Source: an uncultured Anaerolineales bacterium (GTDB lineage Bacteria > Chloroflexota > Anaerolineae > B4-G1). Taken from it: a stretch of DNA of 64,000 nucleotides. Below, piece by piece: positions 52,652-61,646 of this stretch. The number at the start of each line of letters is the position of its first letter. The stretch's first letter is position 1. The notes under the pieces were generated by a model that did no database searches, was not told the origin of the DNA, and was given only the letters and a program-made list of their open reading frames with translations. The stretch lies in NCBI GenBank assembly GCA_964514285.1, contig CAZEQC010000008.1:6181-70180 (forward strand). The letters run 5' to 3'. A program made the translations under genes and the position numbers.

Positions 52652-53731
52652 CTATGGAATCTGATCTTCGTCGGAATCGGACGCAAAGACGCGTCCGTGA
52701 GCCCGGCGGTAATCCTCCCACTTCGTCTTCGCATAGATTCGCGTCGTCGCCGGTGACGCATGCCCCAGCGCGTACTGCGTCAGCGCCAGATCGCCCGTTT
52801 TGCTCAGAAACTCGGTGGCGAAGTAGTGCCGCAGCGTATGAGGTGTCAGATGAAAGCGCTCCGCGATGCCCGCCCGTGAGGCCAAGTCCACGAAAACGTG
52901 CTGGACGCTCCGCGTCGAAAGCGGCAGCGCCTTGCCACCCGCCCCACGATCGTGACGTGAGAAAACTGGCAAGCGGGCAGGGGACCGCCTCGAAAGCCGA
53001 CGTCCCTGGCTTCCGTCCGCTCGCGCCCGCAAGTAAGCCTGAATCGCTGACCAAGCTCGGTCAGAGAAGAGCACCTCGCGGTCCTTCTTCCCCTTTCCGT
53101 ACTTCACCAGAGCGCCCTTGACGTCATAGAGCAGATGCCCCCGCTCCAGGCGCACCAGCTCTCCCACCCTCAATCCCGAGCTCAACAGCGCTTCGACGAT
53201 GGCGATGTTGCGCAGCCGGATCAGCCGCTTCCGCCGCTTCGTCCCCTCCGCCACGCCCTCCGGTAGATCCAAGGGCGCGTGAACCGCCGCCAACAGCATC
53301 CGCACGACCTCGTGCGAGGGCAGCTTGTCCGGAGAGAGTCTTTCGCGATCCCTCGGCCGGCTGGCGCGGGCCAGAGCTCGCCGCAGCGCATCGTAGGCCG
53401 TCCCGCCCATCGAAAGCTCCTCTGTCTCCACCACCAGATAGTCAAGGAAGCCGGAGACCGCCGCGAAATAGGTCGCCTTCGTCGACTCGGAGACGCGGCG
53501 TTCGTCACCAGCTGCCACCTCATCCACCAGGTAATCGTACAGCCAGGTGATGAACTCGGTGACCAGCCCTGGGGCCAACGCGCCCACGTCAGTCTCATCC
53601 GCCGGCAGGTCTCGGTCATCCAGATAGGCCCGTAGGTGGTTCAACCCGGTGGCATAGGTGTCAGCCGTGGCCACCGAACGCGATGCCCTCAGGTAGTCCA
53701 GATACCGCTCAATGGCCTCGTCAATCGTCAT
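52652..53731 (-). CDS. tyrosine recombinase/integrase (XerC/XerD-like)
   Basis: SAM-like N-terminal domain 'IERYLDYLRASRSVATADTY'. Catalytic 'HTLRHYFATEFL' and 'LGHASPATTRIYAKT'. The ORF is open to 53854, but ATG 53731 fits the family. Confidence 0.8.
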   Translation of the reverse strand: MTIDEAIERYLDYLRASRSVATADTYATGLNHLRAYLDDRDLPADETDVGALAPGLVTEFITWLYDYLVDEVAAGDERRVSESTKATYFAAVSGFLDYLVVETEELSMGGTAYDALRRALARASRPRDRERLSPDKLPSHEVVRMLLAAVHAPLDLPEGVAEGTKRRKRLIRLRNIAIVEALLSSGLRVGELVRLERGHLLYDVKGALVKYGKGKKDREVLFSDRAWSAIQAYLRARADGSQGRRLSRRSPARLPVFSRHDRGAGGKALPLSTRSVQHVFVDLASRAGIAERFHLTPHTLRHYFATEFLSKTGDLALTQYALGHASPATTRIYAKTKWEDYRRAHGRVFASDSDEDQIP

Positions 53732-53863
53732 CAGATCTCCAGGTAACTGTTCACCTGCTGCTCCCAGCGGATCCGTGATCCGCAGCCTTGGGCGCGGAAT
53801 TGCCGGATCACGGGCGGAAGGCCGCCTAATCCGGCTAGAGTATGAGAGCCACAAAGTGAATAG

Positions 53864-55126
53864 CTACATCTCCAGAAGCTCATCTGGCACGTACGCTCGT
53901 ATGGAGCTCGACTTGATAGCTTCCACCATAGCCTCCTTGGGGATGACGTCTGTCTCGTCCACGAAGGTCAGCAAGCTGTAGAGGGCTGCATTCCGAGCTC
54001 CCGCTCGCTCTCGGAAGTCGCGCACATGCACCTCGGCCCCGGTCTGAGGACGTTCGAGGCTGGCGTCAATCCAGACCCCCCCTCCCCTCATCGCCTCAAT
54101 GCGCCTTCTGTTGTGCGCCAGACCATCCGACGACGTGATGATCGCCACGTCGGGCTGCGAGATGCCATGGTAGAGAATTGGATCGCGGGAGACGATCACC
54201 TCGGCAGTCGAGAAGCCCACGCCCACGGTCACCGGGTAGCTGCCCTTCTTAGTCGCGTGCAGTCCCGATCCTATCGCTGCCTCAGCGAACAGTTCGGCCG
54301 CCCTCTGCGCTCCCTCCCCGGCCGAACCACCCAGCACCAGGCCCAATCGACTCCCTAACGACGAGCGAAAACGGACCTCTGTCTCCCTCACCTGCTCCGC
54401 ATCCAGCAAGGAAGGACGCCCCTCCTCGACCTCAAGCCGGAAGGCAGCCCGCCCCTCGCTCCGCCAGACACCCGGTTTGTAGTCGGCCTCCTCGGCCAGC
54501 TCCCGCAGCCGTAGGCCCGGATTCATCTTCAGCGCGTGGCTCGTGCAGAGCTCCAGCACCTCCACCAGCGCAAACCCCTCCACCTGGAGAGCCTCCGCCA
54601 GCTCCGAGGAGAAATCTCCCAAACCCAGGATCCGTCGTGCGTAGGGAGCACCGGCGTCGTGCACCAGCTGGCAGAGGTCGTGGTGAGGATAGGGACTACC
54701 CCCTTTGGTGATCACGGTCCGAAAACCACAAGGTGTCAACCCGCTCGGCTGTCCCCCCGTCATACCGTAGAGCATGTTGTTGTGAACCACCACCGTCAAA
54801 TTCACGTTCAACCGTGCTGCCTCCAGAAGGTGCTGCAGCCCAATCGTGGCCCCGCCGTCGCCGATGAAGACGACGATCTCCTTCCCAGCAGGTGCCCCTA
54901 TGGCCAGCCCACTGCCCAGCGCGCCAGATCGTCCATGCAGCCCATGGATCGTGTGTGTGGCGAAATTCCGATCCACGATGCCGTGACAGCCGATATCCGT
55001 CACCAGGATCACGTCCAGGGGATCACGTCCCAGACTCTCCAGAGCTCTAACGGTGTTCCTGGCGATCAGGTGATGACCACACCCCTTGCAGTACGGAAAA
55101 TCTGGGTTGGTGAGAAACTCACTCAT
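53864..55126 (-). CDS. 2-oxoacid:ferredoxin oxidoreductase beta (TPP-binding) subunit fused to a gamma domain
   Basis: 'PYCKGCGHH', 'TDIGCHG' and 'FIGDGGATIGLQHL' (TPP), then the gamma-like 'LVLGGSAGEGAQRAAELFAEAAI.SGLH'. Overlaps the alpha stop by 8 nt. Confidence 0.85.
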   Translation of the reverse strand: MSEFLTNPDFPYCKGCGHHLIARNTVRALESLGRDPLDVILVTDIGCHGIVDRNFATHTIHGLHGRSGALGSGLAIGAPAGKEIVVFIGDGGATIGLQHLLEAARLNVNLTVVVHNNMLYGMTGGQPSGLTPCGFRTVITKGGSPYPHHDLCQLVHDAGAPYARRILGLGDFSSELAEALQVEGFALVEVLELCTSHALKMNPGLRLRELAEEADYKPGVWRSEGRAAFRLEVEEGRPSLLDAEQVRETEVRFRSSLGSRLGLVLGGSAGEGAQRAAELFAEAAIGSGLHATKKGSYPVTVGVGFSTAEVIVSRDPILYHGISQPDVAIITSSDGLAHNRRRIEAMRGGGVWIDASLERPQTGAEVHVRDFRERAGARNAALYSLLTFVDETDVIPKEAMVEAIKSSSIRAYVPDELLEM

Positions 55127-56393
55127 CGGCACCCCCTTGTGGCGAGCCCTGCCGAGGCATCTGCGGCAAGCCATGGCGGTCCCCATCCGGTAAGTCCTCT
55201 CGATCCCCATCCGGAGAGTCCCGTCGAACCATGTGTGGTGAGCATCGTCGAACCATCCCCACGATGTCGTCAGGCCTGATCATGTGACCGATATCCCCCA
55301 CCACACACACGCCCTCCGGAAGCCCCTTCCCAAACAGGATCGATGCGAATTGACCTTGTAGGTTCTCCTCAGCAAAGATGATCGGTTTGTTCGCCTCCAG
55401 ATAGCGATCCAAAACGCTATCATAGGCATCCGGAACCGGCAAAAGCGTCCGAGCGACCAGCAGCGAGACAGCCACCCCCTCTGCATCGAGAGTCTGCACC
55501 GCCTCCCGGGCTGCACCCGCGGTGATGCCGTAGGTCACGATCAGGGCTTCGGACTCCAGGACGCTCTCACCCGGCTCCTCCAAGTGGTAGAGAGGTGGGG
55601 TGCCTTCTTCCACCTTGGCAGGCAGACGCCGTGTATTGTCCAGAGCCTCGTCGGTCGAGTGCCGCAGCAGGCCGTCTTGATCGTGGGTCGATGCGGTCAT
55701 TCGGACTTGATGACGATTATCGCCAATGGACAGAAACGGGGGTACGCCTGCTTCATCCGCTCCATAAGGACGAAAAGGCTTCGCACCGTCATAGAAATCA
55801 CGTCTGATGGTCTTCACCTCTCCCAACCGATTCAAGTCAACGCTCCGCTCGGTCATGACCATCTCCTTCGACGTCAGCAGCACCACCGGCGTGCGCAAGT
55901 CAGCCGACGTCTGCAGAGCCACAGGCGGGAGGCTCCAACAATCCCCCATATCCGCGATGCAGAAGACAGGAATCGGATAGCCACCCGAGATGATGCCGTG
56001 CAGGAAGCGCAAGTCGTCCTGGGCCCCCGCCGTGGCCGTGCCAGTCGACGGCCCCAGACGCTGCACCAGCACGATCACCATAGGCAGTTCCATCATCGCT
56101 GCCATGTTGATCGACTCCACCATCAGCGCCAGGCCGGGGAAGGAAGTGGCGCTGACCGGCAGCTTGCCCGTTGCAGAGAGCCCCGCCATCCACTGCAGGG
56201 CCGTGATCTCGTCCGGTGCTGGAAGTGTCGCTGGAAAGCGCTGACTTGCATAACTGTAAATTAGACTGGCCGGTGTGATCGGATAGCCAATAAAAGCGTC
56301 CGCCCCAGCCCGTACAAAGCTCTCAGCGATCAGCCGCGAGCCGTCCAGTAGGGCTGTCCCTCGTCGTGTGGGAGCTTCCATACCCCTCCTCAT
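55119..56393 (-). CDS. 2-oxoacid:ferredoxin oxidoreductase alpha subunit
   Basis: 'LIAESFVRAGADAFIGYPITPAS', 'MELPMVIVLVQRLGPSTGTAT' and a low-complexity C-terminal tail. Confidence 0.85.
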   Translation of the reverse strand: MRRGMEAPTRRGTALLDGSRLIAESFVRAGADAFIGYPITPASLIYSYASQRFPATLPAPDEITALQWMAGLSATGKLPVSATSFPGLALMVESINMAAMMELPMVIVLVQRLGPSTGTATAGAQDDLRFLHGIISGGYPIPVFCIADMGDCWSLPPVALQTSADLRTPVVLLTSKEMVMTERSVDLNRLGEVKTIRRDFYDGAKPFRPYGADEAGVPPFLSIGDNRHQVRMTASTHDQDGLLRHSTDEALDNTRRLPAKVEEGTPPLYHLEEPGESVLESEALIVTYGITAGAAREAVQTLDAEGVAVSLLVARTLLPVPDAYDSVLDRYLEANKPIIFAEENLQGQFASILFGKGLPEGVCVVGDIGHMIRPDDIVGMVRRCSPHMVRRDSPDGDREDLPDGDRHGLPQMPRQGSPQGGADE

Positions 56394-59300
56394 TTAGTCA
56401 CCAAGCTGATCAAAATCGATCGGGTCGAAGATCAGAACGCGATGCGCGTGAGCATCCGTCACGTAGATCGAGCCGTCGGGCGCCACGGCGATACCCTGGG
56501 GAAGCGAGAAGGACTGACTGTCCGTTCCGTAATCCCCAAACGAGAGTAAGTAGTTGCCCTCGCGATCGAAGACCAACACCCGATAGTATCCCGGGTCAGT
56601 GACGTAGACGCGCCCTTGATCATCCACCGCCAGGTACGGCTTCTCCTCGGGGATGCCCGAGTCCCAACCCTGGATCGGCCATTGACGTAAGAAGGCCCCA
56701 TTTCCGTCAAAGACCTGGATGCGCCTATTCCACGTATCGGCCACGTACATCTCACCTTCCGGACCAAACGCGATGCCCACCGGCTCATCCAGGTAACCCT
56801 CTGCTGCGCCGCCCCCACCCCACTGGAAGGCGAACGTCCCATCTGGCTCAAAAACCTGGACCCGCTTGTTGCCCGTGTCGGTCACGTAGACCTCTTGAGC
56901 CTGCATCTGAGGCGGCCCTACTGCGATACCTCGGGGACCGTAGAACAGCCCTCGGCCCCCATCGTCGCCGTCAGGGCTCGACTCGCCGAACGTGCCCCAG
57001 GCTGCAAGTGGCCACCCCTCCGCATCGAGCTGCTGGATGCGGTGATTCCACGTGTCGGCCACGTAGGCCCTCCCATCAGGTCCCAGAGCGATGTCCCACG
57101 GTTCATTGAAGCCCCGAGCTATGCCCGACTCTTCCTCGGCCAGCGAGCGAGCTCCCCAGCTGTCCACGAACGCACCATCGGCCGTCAATACCTGGATCCG
57201 GTGATTGCCCGAGTCGGCCACATACATCGTTCCGTCATCATCAATCGCTATGCCTCGCGGGCTCTGGAACTCCCCTCGACCCGCCCCCTGCTGCCCCACG
57301 ACTCGCCGGGCCGTCAACGTTAGCTGATGGTCAGCGTAAGGCGCGACGTCCGTCCACGCCTCAGGCCCTAGCGTACCTCGATCCCACATCTTGGCCATCA
57401 CGTCCCGCCGCACGTAGAGACGGTATTCGCTACGCAACGGCCATTCGTCCAGTGTGTGAGTTTTCCCGGTCACCTCGTCATACAGGTCGTAGTCCCGATC
57501 GTACCAAATCCTCCACAACGCCGTGCGCATCTCGGGGTTCGTCAACGCCCCCCGGATCCGCTCCCAGGTCAGGTTTTTGTAGTCCTCCATTGGCCACCAT
57601 AAGTAAGTGTAGGTGTTGGCGATATAATCGTTGGTCACGTAGCGCGCCACCGCGTCCCACTGCTCTCTGCCCGCGATCACCACCGGAGCATCCAGTTGGT
57701 CTCGTGAGGGGTTCTCGCCGTAGAAGACCGCGTTCTCATAATCACGTAGATACCAATGGAAAGGCCACGAGCCATCGGCACCATAGGCCACTTTGATCGC
57801 TTCCGGAGCACCAACAATACGCCGTGAGAGCTCGTCGATCTGACGCATTGTCTCTCCTACCGCTGGCGCAGAATGGGCATAGACCAGGTGCTCGATCGGA
57901 TAACCGTAGTTGATATAGCAGAAGCGCCACGCGTGACGGATCGTCAGGGCCACCGGCACCATCAGAGCGGCCAGCACCAACAAACGCACAGACAGACGCC
58001 GGTCTGCTCTACGTAGGACGTAGATCAACGTCGCCCCAAACCCCACCACGGCGAGCACGCCGCCCAAGAACTGCCCCGTCACCAGCAACGCCGCCAGCTC
58101 ATCTCCGCTGAAAGGCCCAGAGGCTACAGCGTAGATCAGCGTTCCCGTGGCCATCCCAAAGGGCGGCGCCAACAGCGCGATCATCCACACCCGCTGGCGG
58201 ATCACCCCCTGCCAGTCTATCGATTGGACAAAGCGCCCCACGCCCCAGGCGCCCAGCAGAATCATCGGCAAGGCCAAGTGGACGGCCAGCCAGGGCATCT
58301 TCTCCCCTGCATAGGAGTAGAAGGCCCACGCCAGAACGATCCACCACACGAGGAAAGCCAGAAACAGTTGGTGCACCTTCAGCTCACCCTGTGGCGCCTC
58401 GTCTGCCTCCGATGAGCCCGATCGGCGAAGGGCGGAGCGCACGGCCAGGTAGCCACCGGTAACCAATGAAAGCAGCAGGGGCAGGTAGTCATACAGCGGC
58501 ACAACGATACCGTAGTAGTACCAGGGCTGATCGCCGCGCTTCACCCCTTGCTGCGCCAGCCAATACCCCATCGAGCCCACCAGCCCACTGGCGATCCCGC
58601 CGCCATTGGTGAAAATCGTAGTGAAGAGAACCAGGAAGATGGCATAATGAATCGCCGCCGCGATGCCCCATTGCCGCCAATTCCACGCCAGTCCGATGAC
58701 GGCTGATACCGCTAACACAAACCCGGCAATGGCCGCCGAGTAGTAGATCGTCGGGGCGGTGTAGTCCACCGGATCCAGCCCCGCCAGTTCGATCAAAATC
58801 GGGGACAGGAAGGGGAGACACAGCGTCCCCAGCACGATGGTCAAGTCGAACGACCGATAGTCCCGCAGATCCTCCCATGTGCCGATCAACAAGACACCCA
58901 ATCCAGCTAGCAGCGCTCCCCCTGCCAGCGCGCCCCCAGCCAGCCCCCACCAGGGCAAAATCCCGTTCTCCTCGTCGGCCGCCCCCCCAGAAAGCACACC
59001 TAGACTCAGAATCAACAATCCGATGGCCAACACCACCAGCCCCACCCCCAGGAAGGACTTAAGCCGCTCCTTCTCCCCCCAGTCCTGCAACAGACTTCGA
59101 CGGGCAAACACGCCGATCAGGAAGAACCCTACGATCGCATTGTAGATGAAGGCTACCTCCTTGGTGGCGAAAGAGAGCGAAACACCCGCGGCCATCACGT
59201 AGATCCACCGCCGGCGGCCATCCTCCAGGTAGGAGAAGATCGCGAAGATCACAATCAGGACCCAGAGGATAACCGGCAGATCGTGGCGGATGTAGCGAGA

Positions 59301-59714
59301 GTAGTAGGCGATCGACGGCGAGATCAGTAGGAAGAAAGACGCGAACAGCGCGCCCACCCGCCCCAACCAGCGTCGCAGGAGGTAGGGGAAGGCCACCACA
59401 GCCACCCCGGTCAAAGCCACAAATAGACGAGCTGTGAAGTCATCGGCGCCGAATAGAAAGTAGGAAAGCGCAGTGGCGTGGAAGAGAAGAGGCCCATGCA
59501 TCAGCGGTGTGTGCTGGAAGCCCTGCCCGACATATAGGTTCCACGAGTACTTGGTGTGCAAGCTCTCGTCGTGGCTCTGAACACGTATACCCAATCCCCA
59601 AAGCCGTGTGACCAGAGCCAGGACGATGAGCGAAAGGTATAGAGCTTTCTCCCAGTCCAATCTGATCCAACCACCAACCGGTCGATCCAGCAGGCTATCG
59701 AATGATGATCTCAC
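56394..59714 (-). CDS. TIGR03663-like GT-C-fold polytopic membrane protein fused to a six-bladed NHL-repeat beta-propeller
   Basis: N-terminal 'RLWGLGIRVQSHDESLHTKYSWNLYVGQGFQHTPLMHGPLLFH' and more than 15 TM. The C-terminus has six 'G.A....G..YVAD..NHRIQV(F/L)' repeats. Stop TAA abuts the korA-like ATG (TAAATG). Confidence 0.75.
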   Translation of the reverse strand: MRSSFDSLLDRPVGGWIRLDWEKALYLSLIVLALVTRLWGLGIRVQSHDESLHTKYSWNLYVGQGFQHTPLMHGPLLFHATALSYFLFGADDFTARLFVALTGVAVVAFPYLLRRWLGRVGALFASFFLLISPSIAYYSRYIRHDLPVILWVLIVIFAIFSYLEDGRRRWIYVMAAGVSLSFATKEVAFIYNAIVGFFLIGVFARRSLLQDWGEKERLKSFLGVGLVVLAIGLLILSLGVLSGGAADEENGILPWWGLAGGALAGGALLAGLGVLLIGTWEDLRDYRSFDLTIVLGTLCLPFLSPILIELAGLDPVDYTAPTIYYSAAIAGFVLAVSAVIGLAWNWRQWGIAAAIHYAIFLVLFTTIFTNGGGIASGLVGSMGYWLAQQGVKRGDQPWYYYGIVVPLYDYLPLLLSLVTGGYLAVRSALRRSGSSEADEAPQGELKVHQLFLAFLVWWIVLAWAFYSYAGEKMPWLAVHLALPMILLGAWGVGRFVQSIDWQGVIRQRVWMIALLAPPFGMATGTLIYAVASGPFSGDELAALLVTGQFLGGVLAVVGFGATLIYVLRRADRRLSVRLLVLAALMVPVALTIRHAWRFCYINYGYPIEHLVYAHSAPAVGETMRQIDELSRRIVGAPEAIKVAYGADGSWPFHWYLRDYENAVFYGENPSRDQLDAPVVIAGREQWDAVARYVTNDYIANTYTYLWWPMEDYKNLTWERIRGALTNPEMRTALWRIWYDRDYDLYDEVTGKTHTLDEWPLRSEYRLYVRRDVMAKMWDRGTLGPEAWTDVAPYADHQLTLTARRVVGQQGAGRGEFQSPRGIAIDDDGTMYVADSGNHRIQVLTADGAFVDSWGARSLAEEESGIARGFNEPWDIALGPDGRAYVADTWNHRIQQLDAEGWPLAAWGTFGESSPDGDDGGRGLFYGPRGIAVGPPQMQAQEVYVTDTGNKRVQVFEPDGTFAFQWGGGGAAEGYLDEPVGIAFGPEGEMYVADTWNRRIQVFDGNGAFLRQWPIQGWDSGIPEEKPYLAVDDQGRVYVTDPGYYRVLVFDREGNYLLSFGDYGTDSQSFSLPQGIAVAPDGSIYVTDAHAHRVLIFDPIDFDQLGD

Positions 59715-59834
59715 GTCTGTCCTCTCCTCCTAGACAACATCCAATGATCGATCCACATCTCCGTCGTCGGAATGGCTTCATAATCACTATGCGAACAAAC
59801 CTTCAGCCACAAACGCCCACCGATGCGTCGCACC

Positions 59835-61601
59835 TTAATCACTACGCGAAACATCGCCAGCTCGCCACACCGTCGCCCACCCGTCTGCCTCCGGGAGCGG
59901 GCTCCCCTCCCGGAACAGGAACCACTGGTAAGCAGCCCGACAGGTAAGCTCTCCAAAGCTGCACCCCAGATTCCGTGGGGTCCACTGACGGCTCACAGGG
60001 AAGTCCTGTCCCGCGTAGCTCTCTCCGACAACTGCTAGGTCCGTCTCATCGCGACCGGATGTCACAAGCACCGAACCTATCGCTTCCGCCGGCGGGCCGC
60101 TCAGTCGAGTGACGCGACGTGCAGCGTCAAACTCACGCAGATACCAGGACAGAATCGAATCCTCCGGCGCCTGATACGTGAAAGCCAGTCTCGTAGCCAG
60201 ACCGGTCTCCCGCCAACTCAGTTCCTCCAACGTCTCCACTAGGTCGCGGACGGCCCGAGCTGTGGGCTCACGCAACATGGTCTCTCGGGGATCTCCTGTA
60301 TGTCGGTATGCCACACCCCATCCGGTATGTAGCGTAAACGCCAGGAGAGCAACGGCCGTTCCAGCCGCTGCGGTTCGAAAGACCGTTGACCCTCCCAGAA
60401 TTACCCCGAAGCTCAGCACCACCAGCCCTTGGACCGCCATCGCGACTATGGCCAGGACCAAGTCGGTTCGATCGCCGAACTCAGCATAACGAGCTAGCAT
60501 CAGGTACGTATGCGTCCACAGCACCAGCACAAAGCCGATGTGCACGCCCTGCAACCTCCCTGCCGAAGGCGACCGCCAAGCACCGGCCAAGAGCTTCTCC
60601 ACGAAGACGCCCCCCAGCATCGCCAGCGGCAGGACGATCCACAGCAAGTCTGTCGGACGACGACTGGGCATAGCCATCAGCAACAAGACCGTCAGTACGG
60701 TCCACAATCCCAGCAGCAGCGTCCCTCGGTCTCGCTGCGCTGCCCCCCAGATCAGACCGCCGAATCCAAACACCACCGCCCACAGCTCATAGGCCATCAG
60801 CAGCGCCAGCACCGAACCGGGTGGGGCCGACGCTCGCTCGAAGCGCCCCAACCAGGCCGCCAGGAGGCCCCCGCTTGCCTCCAGACCCGCCAGATTCCAA
60901 CCCAGGCCTGTGGCCAAGAGCAGGCCAGCAGACGCAAAGGCGATAATGAACCAACGTCCCTGGCGCCGGATCAATCGAGATGCCTGATCGAGGCCCAGCC
61001 CGTCGATCCGCCCCAGCTGAGTGAGGATCACATAGGCCAATCCCAGAGGCACCAGAACACCGTACATCGTCGCCCCGGACGTCGCGGCCAAAGCCAATCC
61101 GATCGCCGCCCCCGCAAGCCAACGGCGTCTTCCCGTCCGCAGAAACCGCAGTGTGGCTCCCAAAAAGGCCATCGTCCCGACCCCTGAGATGACCGTGCCC
61201 TGAAGCTGCCGCGAGGCGACCAGCGCAGTTGGAGAGATGGCAAGATAGAGCCCCGCTGCCAGAGCCCCCACCCGGCCCATCTCGCGCCTGAAGAGGACCG
61301 GGGCCAGCGCCAGGCACGCCCCAAACAGGGCCGGCACCAAACGAGCCACGGCATCACCCGCCCCGAACAGGGCAAACGACAGACTGTTCACCGCCAACAG
61401 AAAGGGATTGTAGTCCGTCAGCGGCATCCCTTGCCCCGTCGCAGCCCGCCAGGCCAGAACGGCCTCTCTCGCCTCCCCAGCGGTCAGAGGGGCGGCATCT
61501 AGGTGCGCCACGCGCATCGTCAGAGCAACGAAGGCGATCAGCCCCCAGAGCAGATGCTCGTACGTGATTATCCCAATACCCCGGTCACATTTATCGTCCA
61601 T
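59835..61601 (-). CDS. polytopic membrane protein, paralogous to the TIGR03663-like N-terminal region (GT-C/PMT-like)
   Basis: 'FALFGAGDAVARLVPALFGACLALAPVLFRREMGRVGALAAGLYLAISPTALVASR' parallels 'YFLFGADDFTARLFVALTGVAVVAFPYLLRRWLGRVGALFASFFLLISPSIAYYSR' in the neighbouring gene. Confidence 0.7.
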   Translation of the reverse strand: MDDKCDRGIGIITYEHLLWGLIAFVALTMRVAHLDAAPLTAGEAREAVLAWRAATGQGMPLTDYNPFLLAVNSLSFALFGAGDAVARLVPALFGACLALAPVLFRREMGRVGALAAGLYLAISPTALVASRQLQGTVISGVGTMAFLGATLRFLRTGRRRWLAGAAIGLALAATSGATMYGVLVPLGLAYVILTQLGRIDGLGLDQASRLIRRQGRWFIIAFASAGLLLATGLGWNLAGLEASGGLLAAWLGRFERASAPPGSVLALLMAYELWAVVFGFGGLIWGAAQRDRGTLLLGLWTVLTVLLLMAMPSRRPTDLLWIVLPLAMLGGVFVEKLLAGAWRSPSAGRLQGVHIGFVLVLWTHTYLMLARYAEFGDRTDLVLAIVAMAVQGLVVLSFGVILGGSTVFRTAAAGTAVALLAFTLHTGWGVAYRHTGDPRETMLREPTARAVRDLVETLEELSWRETGLATRLAFTYQAPEDSILSWYLREFDAARRVTRLSGPPAEAIGSVLVTSGRDETDLAVVGESYAGQDFPVSRQWTPRNLGCSFGELTCRAAYQWFLFREGSPLPEADGWATVWRAGDVSRSD

Positions 61602-61646
61602 ACCCGCTGCTCGTTACTCCAGGGCCAAAGCAACCCGTCGATAGGG

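Noticed and set aside
52652-53731. The integrase as a marker of a genomic-island boundary (for example, the W/Mo cluster being mobile).
   Set aside because: I found no flanking tRNA, no direct repeats or att-like duplications, and no obvious compositional break. The protein looks XerC/D-like. Mobility cannot be supported from this window.
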